Positions 11,375-20,459 of a stretch of 42,542 bases of DNA are shown here, piece by piece. The stretch is from Piedraia hortae CBS 480.64 (lineage: Eukaryota). The stretch is taken from contig MU006044.1 in NCBI GenBank assembly GCA_010093745.1, forward strand, positions 1-42,542, written 5' to 3'. A program made the position numbers and the translations under genes. The notes beneath the pieces were generated by a model. It searched no databases and was not told the origin of the DNA. It saw nothing but the letters and a program-made list of their open reading frames with translations. Every line of letters starts with the position of its first letter. Position 1 is the first letter of the stretch.

Positions 11375-12092
11375 AGCGTATCGGCTGTAAGTTGGATGAT
11401 CGCGAGGAATTACTGCCAGCAGCAGGCGATCTAGTGTGTATTCTTGTACCATACGACTTGCTATATCATTGTTGAAATGCAGCAAGGACACGATTCTTCC
11501 ACTGGTTGGGTTTAGCGTTCGTGGTTTTATATTTGAATTCCGCATCTGGACAAGTATGCATCGAACTGCGGCTCAAAAGATGTTTTTTCAAATTGTTGAA
11601 CATTACACCTGAGGTCTGATTGCGATTGTGGTGTAAAGCTGTGCTTCCTGCATGCTCAAAAGCACATTATCTCAGCATCAGAAGAAGCCGCGTTGACACC
11701 GATCCGACTACTCTACTACAAGAGGAGCCGTGTATGAGAGTCGGTTATGGTACGTAGAGCGAAACGATGTATAGTTGCAACTAGCTGGTAAGATCGTATT
11801 GCGAGATTTATGACAGGTGTGACGTATGTTAGTGTCGGGAAGGGCCGGAACGGGCCGAAGGCAGGAGGATAAAAGGGAGGTTCGAGGGAGAGGAGGACAT
11901 CTTGGTTTTGACGTAGGTTATCACAATATTGTGTTGCTCAACGCGAACGTGTTGAAGTACTGCACGGGCCGCTCCGACAGATGTCCCGCGGAAAAACAAA
12001 GCAACCAAGTGGGGCTGAACAAGGTCCGGCCCGTTCCTCCGCTAAACGTCGCCTCTGCACTTTGAACAACTTGCACACCGACAACAATAACC

Positions 12093-12746
12093 ATGGCGCC
12101 CGCGCCCGACGAGCTCAACCACAAATCGCGCGATGCGCGCATCCTGGCGCTCGTCCTCAAAAACTACGGCGTAACGTCCTACCAACCGCGTGTACTCCCT
12201 CAAATCCTCGATTTCGCCTACCGCTACACTAGCGGCGTTCTTTCCGACGCGCAGCGAATCGCCAACGAAGGGTACACGAGCCCTAAACGATCCAACAATC
12301 CCGCCGCCGTCGGCGCTGCAGGCGGAACAGCAAACAGCGCCAACGGCGCCAGCGGCCCTACGGCCTCTGGCAACGACGCCAAGAACATCGCAGACGCTAT
12401 CACCCTCGATTCACTACGATTAGCCATTGCTGCCCGCGCAGGTGCCGAGTCTCGCGGCTCACTACCCAAAGATTTTATGCTTGAACAAGCTCGCGAGAGG
12501 AACAGGCTGGCTTTGCCTAGGATCAACGATGGAAGGAAGGGACTTTTTGCGGAGCTGCCGCCTGAGAAGTTTCAGCTCCTGACTCAAAGCTGGAATCTAA
12601 ATATTGATGGCGATAATATGGACGTGGAGGGCGTGGATGAGGATTTGAATAGAAACAAGGTTGCGCATGAAGAGGAAGATGTCGTCGATGCTATGGATGA
12701 AGATGAGGAGGATGGAAGGGTTGACGCTGATATGACTGATGCATAG
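12093..12746 (+). CDS. TAF9: TFIID/SAGA subunit TAF9
   Basis: RDARILALVL..GVTSYQPRV..QILDFAYRYTSGVLSDA histone fold; PKDFMLEQARERNRLALP; LPPEKFQL; acidic tail. Confidence 0.92.
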   Translation: MAPAPDELNHKSRDARILALVLKNYGVTSYQPRVLPQILDFAYRYTSGVLSDAQRIANEGYTSPKRSNNPAAVGAAGGTANSANGASGPTASGNDAKNIADAITLDSLRLAIAARAGAESRGSLPKDFMLEQARERNRLALPRINDGRKGLFAELPPEKFQLLTQSWNLNIDGDNMDVEGVDEDLNRNKVAHEEEDVVDAMDEDEEDGRVDADMTDA

Positions 12747-12978
12747 ACAAAAGTGGACAATTGTGCGGGAATTTAGCGAGGCGTCAGGCGAACTTCACGC
12801 TGAATGGAGGTAAAATGGGCATTGTACTTTAGGACAGGGTGCATGAAGCCTTCTAGGGACAAAATCGTACTTCTGTGGTCTACCTTACGAGTCTGTACCC
12901 TCTGCGATTCAGCAAGCATTGACACAGATTCGTTCAGTTTCGATGGATGATTTGCACGACCATGCCGGTCAGAACAGT

Positions 12979-12986
12979 AAAAAAAA
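12979..12986 (-). terminator. Candidate Pol III terminator (T8 on minus strand)
   Basis: A8 run on the plus strand, 143 nt downstream of the tRNA-like gene, preceded by a short hairpin. Confidence 0.4.
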
Positions 12987-13129
12987 GTTGAATAGACCCC
13001 CTTTAACCAAATCCAACCCGTCATACCTCGCAGCCTCGCAGAGGAGCGCTTGTAAAGTTTGACCACCGGCTGTGACGCTGAAAGACTCCGGTTCGCCCAA
13101 TCTTACTCACCAGAACAACATAAAAGTGA

Positions 13130-13209
13130 CTCAGTCGTGGGGAATCGAACCCCGTTCTTGCCGGAACCACCATGAAAGCGGCAAATCATGACCACTCGAC
13201 CATAGCGGA
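13130..13209 (-). tRNA. tRNA-Glu(TTC)-like gene with 8-nt intron; acceptor stem mispaired (pseudogene or chimera)
   Basis: TCCGCTA TGGTCGAGTGG (A box), anticodon arm TGCCG-CT-TTC-A-[TGGTGGTT]-C-CGGCA, GGTTCGATTCC (B box); 3' acceptor strand CGACTGA pairs poorly with TCCGCTA. Confidence 0.8.
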
Positions 13210-13331
13210 TCCTTGCTAGCAACAAACGTCCAGTGACCATATGACTCGCCCCGCCCAGGTGCTAGCGCGGAACTCATTCCGCTCCTACCGTTCACCCCAC
13301 TTCTCCAAAAACTCCTCCACCAACAAGCCAC

Positions 13332-14057
13332 ATGTCCTCCCTCCGCAATGCCGCCCCTCGCCGAACGCACCGCGAACGCGCCCAACCTCTCGAGCGCTCG
13401 AAATGGGGCCTACTCGAAAAAAGCAAAGACTACCGCAAGCGCGCCGCAGATCATAAGCTCAAACGCTCGAAACTAAAAACCCTCCGAACAAAAGCCAGCG
13501 AACGAAACGAAGATGAATTCTACTTTGGCATGGTGAATGAATCTAGGGATAGTGGGAGTCAAAACAAGAAGCGTGAGCAGAATGGTGCGGCGAAGAAGTT
13601 GAGTCATGATGTTATTAAATTGCTGAAGACGCAGGATGCCGGCTATCTTCGCACCATGCTGGGAAGTGTTAGGGCGAAGAGGGAGAGGGCTGAAGAGAGG
13701 TTCGTGCTACAGAGGAATTTGATGCAGAATGGAGGAGGGGAGGGCAAGGTGGTTGTGTTAGATGAGATGCCGGAGGAGAGCGATGGGGTAGTGAAGGACG
13801 ATGACGATTTGAGCTCCGAGTCTGTGCATGATGAGAGGGAGTATGAGACTAAGGCTATCAAGGAGAGGAGAGAGCTCAAGAAGAAGAAGCATCGGATTGA
13901 GGTGCAAGAACGTTTGGTCGAGGGACTCAAGAATCGTGAGAAGCAGCTGGGTATTGCTCTTAGGGAACTTGATGCCCAGCGAGCGCGGATGAATGGGACG
14001 GCGGGGAAGGGTGTTAATAAGAACGGTGTGAAGTTCAAGTTTAGATCGAAGCGATAG
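13332..14057 (+). CDS. UTP11: U3 snoRNA-associated protein Utp11
   Basis: MSSLRNA..RTHRERAQPLERSKWGLLEKSKDYRKRA, ASERNEDEFYFGM, LLKTQDAGYL, C-terminal GVKFKFRSKR. Confidence 0.95.
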   Translation: MSSLRNAAPRRTHRERAQPLERSKWGLLEKSKDYRKRAADHKLKRSKLKTLRTKASERNEDEFYFGMVNESRDSGSQNKKREQNGAAKKLSHDVIKLLKTQDAGYLRTMLGSVRAKRERAEERFVLQRNLMQNGGGEGKVVVLDEMPEESDGVVKDDDDLSSESVHDEREYETKAIKERRELKKKKHRIEVQERLVEGLKNREKQLGIALRELDAQRARMNGTAGKGVNKNGVKFKFRSKR

Positions 14058-14162
14058 TGGATCTCTGCATGTTTCCCACCGTCTGACTCCTGTGGAATCG
14101 TTGGAGTAAAGATCACACTGGCCCAAATTGCCGGAATGAAAGAGCAAAGGGCAAACAAAAAA

Positions 14163-14575
14163 ACGTACAGCAGCGGGGATTCTCACGTGGTCACCCACCA
14201 TGGTACTAATCCGCCGGTTTGCAGCGCGTATGCGGGGCACTTGCATAGCAAGTCAGCGATACCTCCTGCACTACCAGCTGCACCCTAGGTTTTTTTCCTT
14301 CACAGAGGTTTTCCCTCAGGGTCATATCATATGTGACATGGCGAATGCGCCCTGCTAGTGTACAACGTGATGTCACCGGCCCACCGGTACAGAATATTTA
14401 TTCTGACGTCCCCTCGCAGATACATATAGTCATTCACACTGTCATATCGACACTGTTTATCGCCACGCCCTCCTAGTTCGGGCCGCTGCGCACTCTAATC
14501 CACGCAAGCACTATCGCTACAAATTTCAGGAGAGCGAACGGGATCCTCTGTTGTCTGCAACTTATGGCCGTAAGT
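14163..14575 (-). rRNA. 5S rRNA gene split by an LTR insertion (5' part 14575-14522, 3' part 14225-14163)
   Basis: ACTTACGGCCATAAGTTGCAG..GGATCCCGTTCGCTCTCC, then GCTGCAAACCGGCGGATTAGTA..GGTGGGTGACCAC..GAATCCCCGCTGCTGTACGT followed by a T-run; the two parts total 117 nt and TTGCAG/CTGCAA pair across the break. Confidence 0.9.
14223..14521 (+). mobile_element. 5'-truncated type B LTR inside the 5S gene
   Basis: Aligns with 37750-38114 minus its first ~23 bp; ends ATCGCTACA; shares the 3' deletion of the 4097-4408 copy. Confidence 0.9.
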
Positions 14576-15027
14576 GATTAGACATTGAGGTTGTATGCTT
14601 TTATACCTGCATCCCCGGCTTGGGCGAGACGTGGAAACTCGCTGAAATAGTTAATTCGATGTAGCGCGTGCAAACCAGCCCTAATCTATACGACTGTATG
14701 AGCGGTATGCCCATTCTTCAGCTACATCTCGCGGTAAAGATCGAAGCGTTAAGCCCCCGTCGGAGGGACACTCAGGAATTTGTCGACACCTTCACACCGG
14801 TGCTTGACGTTGCCAATGTACGGTAGGCATGTGCCGTTGCTTGCTCAATGGAGTTTTCGGTGATGATGATGATGGTGATTGGAACCGGAATGACCGGCGC
14901 AGTCCCTCGAAGTGTGAGCCCATAAATGCGTGCGACGATTTGATTTTTGGTGTCAAAGAAGACCATGCAGGGCTTGATTTGGTTTGCAAGAGTTGAACGT
15001 AATGGCTTCCACAACAGCAGACATATG

Positions 15028-15386
15028 TGTAGCGATAAGGCTCTCGCTGATGGGAGTGCGCAGCGTCCCGAACTAAGAGGACAAAGCGATAAACGGAAAT
15101 TGATAACAGGGACAGGACAGATGCAGATGGATATGAGTCAATACCAGTGTCGATATGACAGGGTGAATTTATCTATCTCAAAATGAGGGGACGTTCAGAA
15201 TAAAAATTCTGTATCGGTGGGCCAGTGACATCATGTCGTACACTAGCAGGGCGCATCCGCCATGTCGCATGCGACATGACCCTGGGGGAAACCTCTGTGA
15301 GGACAAAATTTAGGGCGCAGCTGCTGGTGTAAGAGGTGTCGCGCAGTGGCATCATACACTGATAGCAACGAGACTTCATGCCAACA
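15028..15386 (-). mobile_element. Mosaic solo LTR (type A 5' part, type B 3' part), no TSD
   Basis: Begins TGTTGGCATGAAGTCTCG (A type) and continues after the shared core with type B sequence to ATCGCTACA; flanks ATATG and CGTTT differ. Confidence 0.88.
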
Positions 15387-15869
15387 CGTTTGACCTTGAG
15401 ACTCCGCACTCATACTCTACGCTTCCACGGTCCAGTTTCTTGCTACCTGTTGACCGCATCTTGTATCTTCCTTGTTGTATAAACAAAGCTACACCCGAGT
15501 CAAGAGTGTCGGGTGACTTCACTTTAAGGTTGACGAAAACTTTGCCGCTTCCAACGGAAGGAAACACAATGGTTCTATGATAATAACATGTGCGATTTCT
15601 CGCCACGCCATTGGTTAAACGTTCGCAATAACAAGTCGAGCCTTTCCCTATTCAGCCATAGAGCTTGATCATCGGATCCAAGAGCTACTATCATGACTTT
15701 AGCTACCTTACTCGGCAAGGCTAATTATTAATCAGGCAAATTGGCGTCCCATAGCGACAGTGGGACCGAGCTTGGTTCGTACCATGTAGACTTGTGAAAT
15801 CTGCCATTGAATTTCTACCCAACCCCTTCCATACATCTACCAACTGACCGGCTTCACAGTACATCAACA

Positions 15870-16761
15870 ATGCCTTCGAAGCTGCTTTCGCTGATCTTCG
15901 GCGCTGCTGCCCTCCTTCCGTCGGCGGTTATCGCCACGCCCAAGCTCCACCAGTTTGAAATCGAGCCAGGCAAGACCATCAATGTGGAAGTAGTGCTGAG
16001 CACGACGACAGTGTCTGGCTCCAAGACAAAGACCACCACCTTGGTAGTCCCATCCTCTGCGAATGTTGAGCCAACCCCAGGCATTAAGGCCACCACCATG
16101 GTATTTACACTCTCTGCAAAGATTGAGCCAAGCCCAGGCGTTGAAACGACCACCAAAGTTGAGCGCCCAGCCGAAATTGAGCCAACCCAAGACGTTGAGA
16201 CAACCGAAGTTGAGACCCCAGATGATATTGAGCCCGCCGCCGTAGTCGAGGCTCCGGTTGTAGTTGAGCCTACTTCAACGTCAATCATCACTGAGGTTGT
16301 CAAGAAGACCCGCTTCCCCATCACAAGCCTATGCCAACGCGCACGACGATGGTGACCGTCCGCGTACCTGGTCTGCACACCCCCATGCCCAAATCACAAG
16401 TTCCGCACGCCTCTAAGCCAAAAGAGCAAGGCCCATACGCTCACAAGCCCAAGGCACCCGGCCCGCATGCCCCCAAGTTCATGTCAGAGCAACCAGACGC
16501 TCTTTCGTCGCTCTCCTTGGCGGCCCCTACCTCGACCTCCCGTCTGACAGCAGCCAAAGACCTCGAGGTTGAGCATTATAAGTTTTATGTCTCGTCTCAT
16601 CTGTGAACTTTGTTGACATTGTAGCAGACCCGCCTGAGATTCCTGCGCCAAAGGCTCCCAAGAAGGAGGGCCCAATAGGCGCCTACAACCTGGAAGAGAA
16701 CGAGGACGAGTCCGGTTATCAGAGCAATGATGAATGGCCCGTTGGTGTCTATGAGTTGTAG
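15870..16761 (+). CDS. Putative secreted Thr/Pro/Glu-rich repeat protein with one frameshift (~16320) and a probable intron ending near 16624-16627
   Basis: Signal peptide MPSKLLSLIFGAAALLPSAVIA; repeated (I/V)EP(T/S)xxVETT units; coding-like continuation in another frame (HHKPMPTRTT...) and a last exon DPPEIPAPK...GVYEL*. Confidence 0.6.
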
Positions 16762-17091
16762 GCAATTAAATTGCCTGCCCAATCTGGGAACACCCCATCG
16801 TTCCTGTGGTTGTTCCACTTCGCTGTGCTTTCGAATGAAAGAGCCTCGAGTGACGCGTAGATCCTGCGGGGGTTCTATGAAAATGTTTTCTTTCTGGTTC
16901 ATTGACAAATTCCAGGTGATAATGGAGTGATCTAGGGTGCGTTGTTTCCTTAGTGACATCTGCCACCACCATTAGAAGCGCATACATTTGTCAATCACAT
17001 GCTGTAAGGCCTTCAACTTGGCCAATCTACCCTATTAGTGCAGAGTGTACCATGACTTGATTCCACCTGCTTCTGGTTGTCTGTATTTATG

Positions 17092-17268
17092 TACGAGGCA
17101 GTGGCATAATGTTGATCCTTGCCGGTGCCTCGGCATGTCGATCGTATGATCGACATTTTTGTCGCTAATAGATTAGTTGTTTTCTTGTATATAGTTCCGC
17201 CCGCCGGCACGGGCGGGCAGTCGCGTTGTCTTTCTTTCATCGCTGTTTCCTGTCCACACCAGAGATAT
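17092..17268 (+). repeat. Dispersed repeat type C, copy 2
   Basis: Homologous to 3243-3381, with an extra ~35-bp segment containing TATATA and the GC hairpin CCGCCCG..CGGGCGG. Confidence 0.85.
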
Positions 17269-17279
17269 TATGTACACTC

Positions 17280-18360
17280 GCTATTGCTCTGGAGTAGATC
17301 TTGCGTTACTGAGCCCGCAAAGAAGTCCTTCAGTGCCATCCCTATCCTGCACATGTTCTGTAGAAGTTAAGCGAAGCAATAGTTGTCTAAAAGGCAAGCT
17401 AGAAAGTGATCGAGGAAGCGAGTGGAGGGGCGTAGTTGAGTTTTCTGCCGTTGTCGCGCGCAACTCTTGCGGAGTTGCAGGCCGCGAGAGCAAGTAAACC
17501 CGGGTCTATAAGCGTGACGGACTCCGGCGGCTTGTCGAAATAGAGATGCACAATGGCACCACGACCTTGATCGTCGGCACCCCAGGGTGCGAAGACACCG
17601 CCATAGCCACATCCTCATCCTCAATCCCATGGCATTCCTCCCTCGTCTTGTAGTCAGCCTTGACTAGGATTATCAGGTCGTTGACATTAAACTTGTTTTT
17701 TACCGACCGGACAACGTCATGGACAAAGCGACACTCCACGGTGCCTTCTTGTGCTTTTGGCAGGGGTTTTGGTGTCCGAATCCTTGAGTAGTCGAGACGT
17801 ACATATAGAGATGTAGCTCCCGTGGGTGAAAGTGCGCAGCGACCCGAAGAGGACGAAGTGATAGACAGAATCGAAGACAGGACAGGTGTAGATGTACATA
17901 AGTCAATACCAGTGTCGATATGACAGTGTGAATGATTATTTTATCTCTATGAGGGGACGTTCCGAATGAAAATTCCATACCGGTGGGCCGGTGACGTCAC
18001 GTCGTACACTAGCAGGGCGTATTCGCCATGTCACATATGACATGACCCTGAGGAAAAACCTCTGTGAAGGAAAAATCTAGGTACAGCTGGCAGTGTAGGG
18101 GGTGTTGCTGACTTGCTATGCAAGTGCCCCGCATACGCGCTAGCGGCGATGCTTGAATCCACCAGTACATAATTTCATCCATTAGGTCCTTCCAAATTGT
18201 ACTTACTGCATGACTTTGCTGGGTATCCGAGTCAGAATCTGTAACTTCGATAAAGTCGGAAAATGCGGCCTGCCAGCGTCGCTTTGTAGTTGTTGTTGTG
18301 GACAGAAGGTCTCTGAAGGTCATCTTGTGCGTACAATGTGGCTTAGTAGCGCTTGACAAA
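17280..18360 (-). pseudogene. Degenerate ORF interrupted by a solo LTR; possibly ORF1 of a tyrosine-recombinase retrotransposon
   Basis: Frame reads through once the LTR and one TSD are removed (..DLMDEIMY|VSTTQG..); KNKFNVNDLIIL and VVPLCI recall fungal Ngaro-like ORF1 from memory only. Confidence 0.3.
17804..18164 (-). mobile_element. Solo LTR, type B full length, TSD GTACA
   Basis: GTACA at 17799-17803 and 18165-18169; terminal CA mutated to TA. Confidence 0.92.
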
Positions 18361-18379
18361 AGAGGTGATGATGGTTTTG

Positions 18380-18510
18380 GTTGGCATGAAGCCTCGTTGC
18401 TATGAGCACGTGAGCATATATGGCTAGACTTCTCAGAGTTTTAACCTCAAAGAGAGTTTCTCCTGGAACATGGTCACGTCACATGATGTGATCACGGGGA
18501 ATGCGGTCCG
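18380..18510 (+). repeat. Diverged LTR 5' end related to type A
   Basis: GTTGGCATGAAGCCTCGTTGCTATGAG matches the type A start; later GGTCACGTCACATG..GAATGCG echoes the shared core. Confidence 0.55.
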
Positions 18511-19425
18511 GACCGTGCCGGAATATGTGGCAGTTGTGGCACTTCATCTCAACCCCTCAATTCATTATTACAATATAACAAGACAATACAACTGAGCATG
18601 ACCACAGATACTGTTCTTGTTCCCACTCTCCGTGTCCATATTGCACATGACGCTGCGCTAGATCACCACCTCCCAATTCATTAGTTTTATGCTTGAATTA
18701 CCACTTTGCGGACATTCTGCCCGCAAAGGTGGCCATGAAATCCTTCTTATCTTTTCTTTTAGAGGCACTGTATCTCCTGTGGTGCTCTCACGACAGTCAA
18801 CGGTGATGGGGTATGTGCACGACGATACTCTTCGAGAACAGTGAGCAGACACGAGGTCATACTAGCTTCAATGATGGCGTAGATGAGTGCTGTCACCATG
18901 CCTTGAGATATTAGGCATGTAGATAGTAATTTTGATTCGTAGCGATAAGAAGCTGGTGGGAGCAAAGACGCAAAGATGTTACTTGAAGGTGTCCACGTGC
19001 AGCGGGAACTATACCTCATTGAGACTAGCGTTCAATTCCAACCTTAACTCAGGCACACCCCCAAACTTAAATTTGAACATGCACACTCAAAGACTTGACA
19101 TTAACCAAAAGACTATCCTACCAAGACCTTAATGATCATTTCCGATACATAATCGCAGTGCTTTTTGATCGCGAAGCAAAAGGTTATTATGTATGCGCAC
19201 GTTCCGTCCTCCGGCTTCCAATCCGCGGATCAGAACATGAGGTTCCATATCTTTTCTGCCATGCTCAGCACAAATGGCTCATTTGTGCCATCGAGAAGAG
19301 GTACAGTATAGAGGGAATGACGTTGCAAAGCCCGGGACAATCGTCAGGAACGTCAGCAAGCTCGGCTGCCAGATAACACAACATACTGCGAAGCCATTAC
19401 AAATTGAAGCCTTACTATTTTCACG

Positions 19426-20210
19426 TTTCAACAGGTTATGAGCCCGGTATCCTGACCATTTGGAACACCGGTCAATCCTACCGATGCAGGCAATGCCTCA
19501 AACCACTTCTCCAAAACATGCCTCTCCCGGCCAATACTAGCAAAGGTCTTTCAGGATCAATCCCAACTGCCTCCCCTAACTCAAACTCAAGGGTGAACAG
19601 TACCACAACTGGAAGAACTCCTGGACAAAGGCTTTCAAGTCTGATGATGTCTGGGACGTGTTCGGCGAATTTGCCCAGTCTGGCCATGATGATCCAACTT
19701 CTCCTCACGGGGTTCTGAAAACCCGAAGGCCAGCATGATGCTGTATAGCGCAGTATCAATCTCGGCCAAAGAGCTCCGAGACAACACTCAAATATCCGAT
19801 GTTGCCTGAACAAAGCTGGCCAAGCGGTTCGACAAGGACAGTGAAACTGACACTACATTCCTATCCCGCTTAATCATGACTATACACTTCGCAGAAGGGA
19901 CACGCCTAAGCGAACTACAAGCCCATATGGATCAGTTCCACAGCCTGTGGGGTCAAGCGCGATTGTGGTGCACCTCATCCGAGCATGTGATGGCCAAGCA
20001 TTTCGGAACGCCTTTGACTGCGACATTGTCAAGGGTGCCTTCTTCATTACCTCCCGACCTCCCTTACGAACTTTGTGCATATTCTGCACAGAAGCCCAAG
20101 CTCCACCATGTTCACATGCAGTGGACTAGCGAGAACATTAACTGCTCCTGGTGCAAATCGCGTGGTCCTAATTACAAGGGCCACCCCTAGCCAAAAATTG
20201 CCGCCGATTC
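19426..20210 (+). mobile_element. Second copia remnant: LTR end, primer-binding site and degenerate gag
   Basis: TTTCAACA followed directly by GGTTATGAGCCC (19434-19445, complement of the tRNA-iMet anticodon arm); KLKGEQYHNWKNSWTKAFKSDDVWDVF gag N-terminal motif; zinc knuckle CSWC...GH..(frameshift)..NC. Confidence 0.8.
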
Positions 20211-20459
20211 TCTTGACGCTAGAGTCAGGTATCAATTCACATGCACAATCTCTGTGATTCGCACAGGTAAACTGTTGTCTTTACCTCAATTGTCGAGGTT
20301 TTGAACAGGAGAAGGAACTTGTCACGAAGGAGAGTGCCAGTGAAGTTAGTTCAGAGAATAACAGTGACTTGCTAGTCAACTTAGACTCTAAATAAGAGCT
20401 GTATTTGAGCTTTGCTCCCTTATCCTACAGTCCATTACTGACACTTACAACTGATCACA

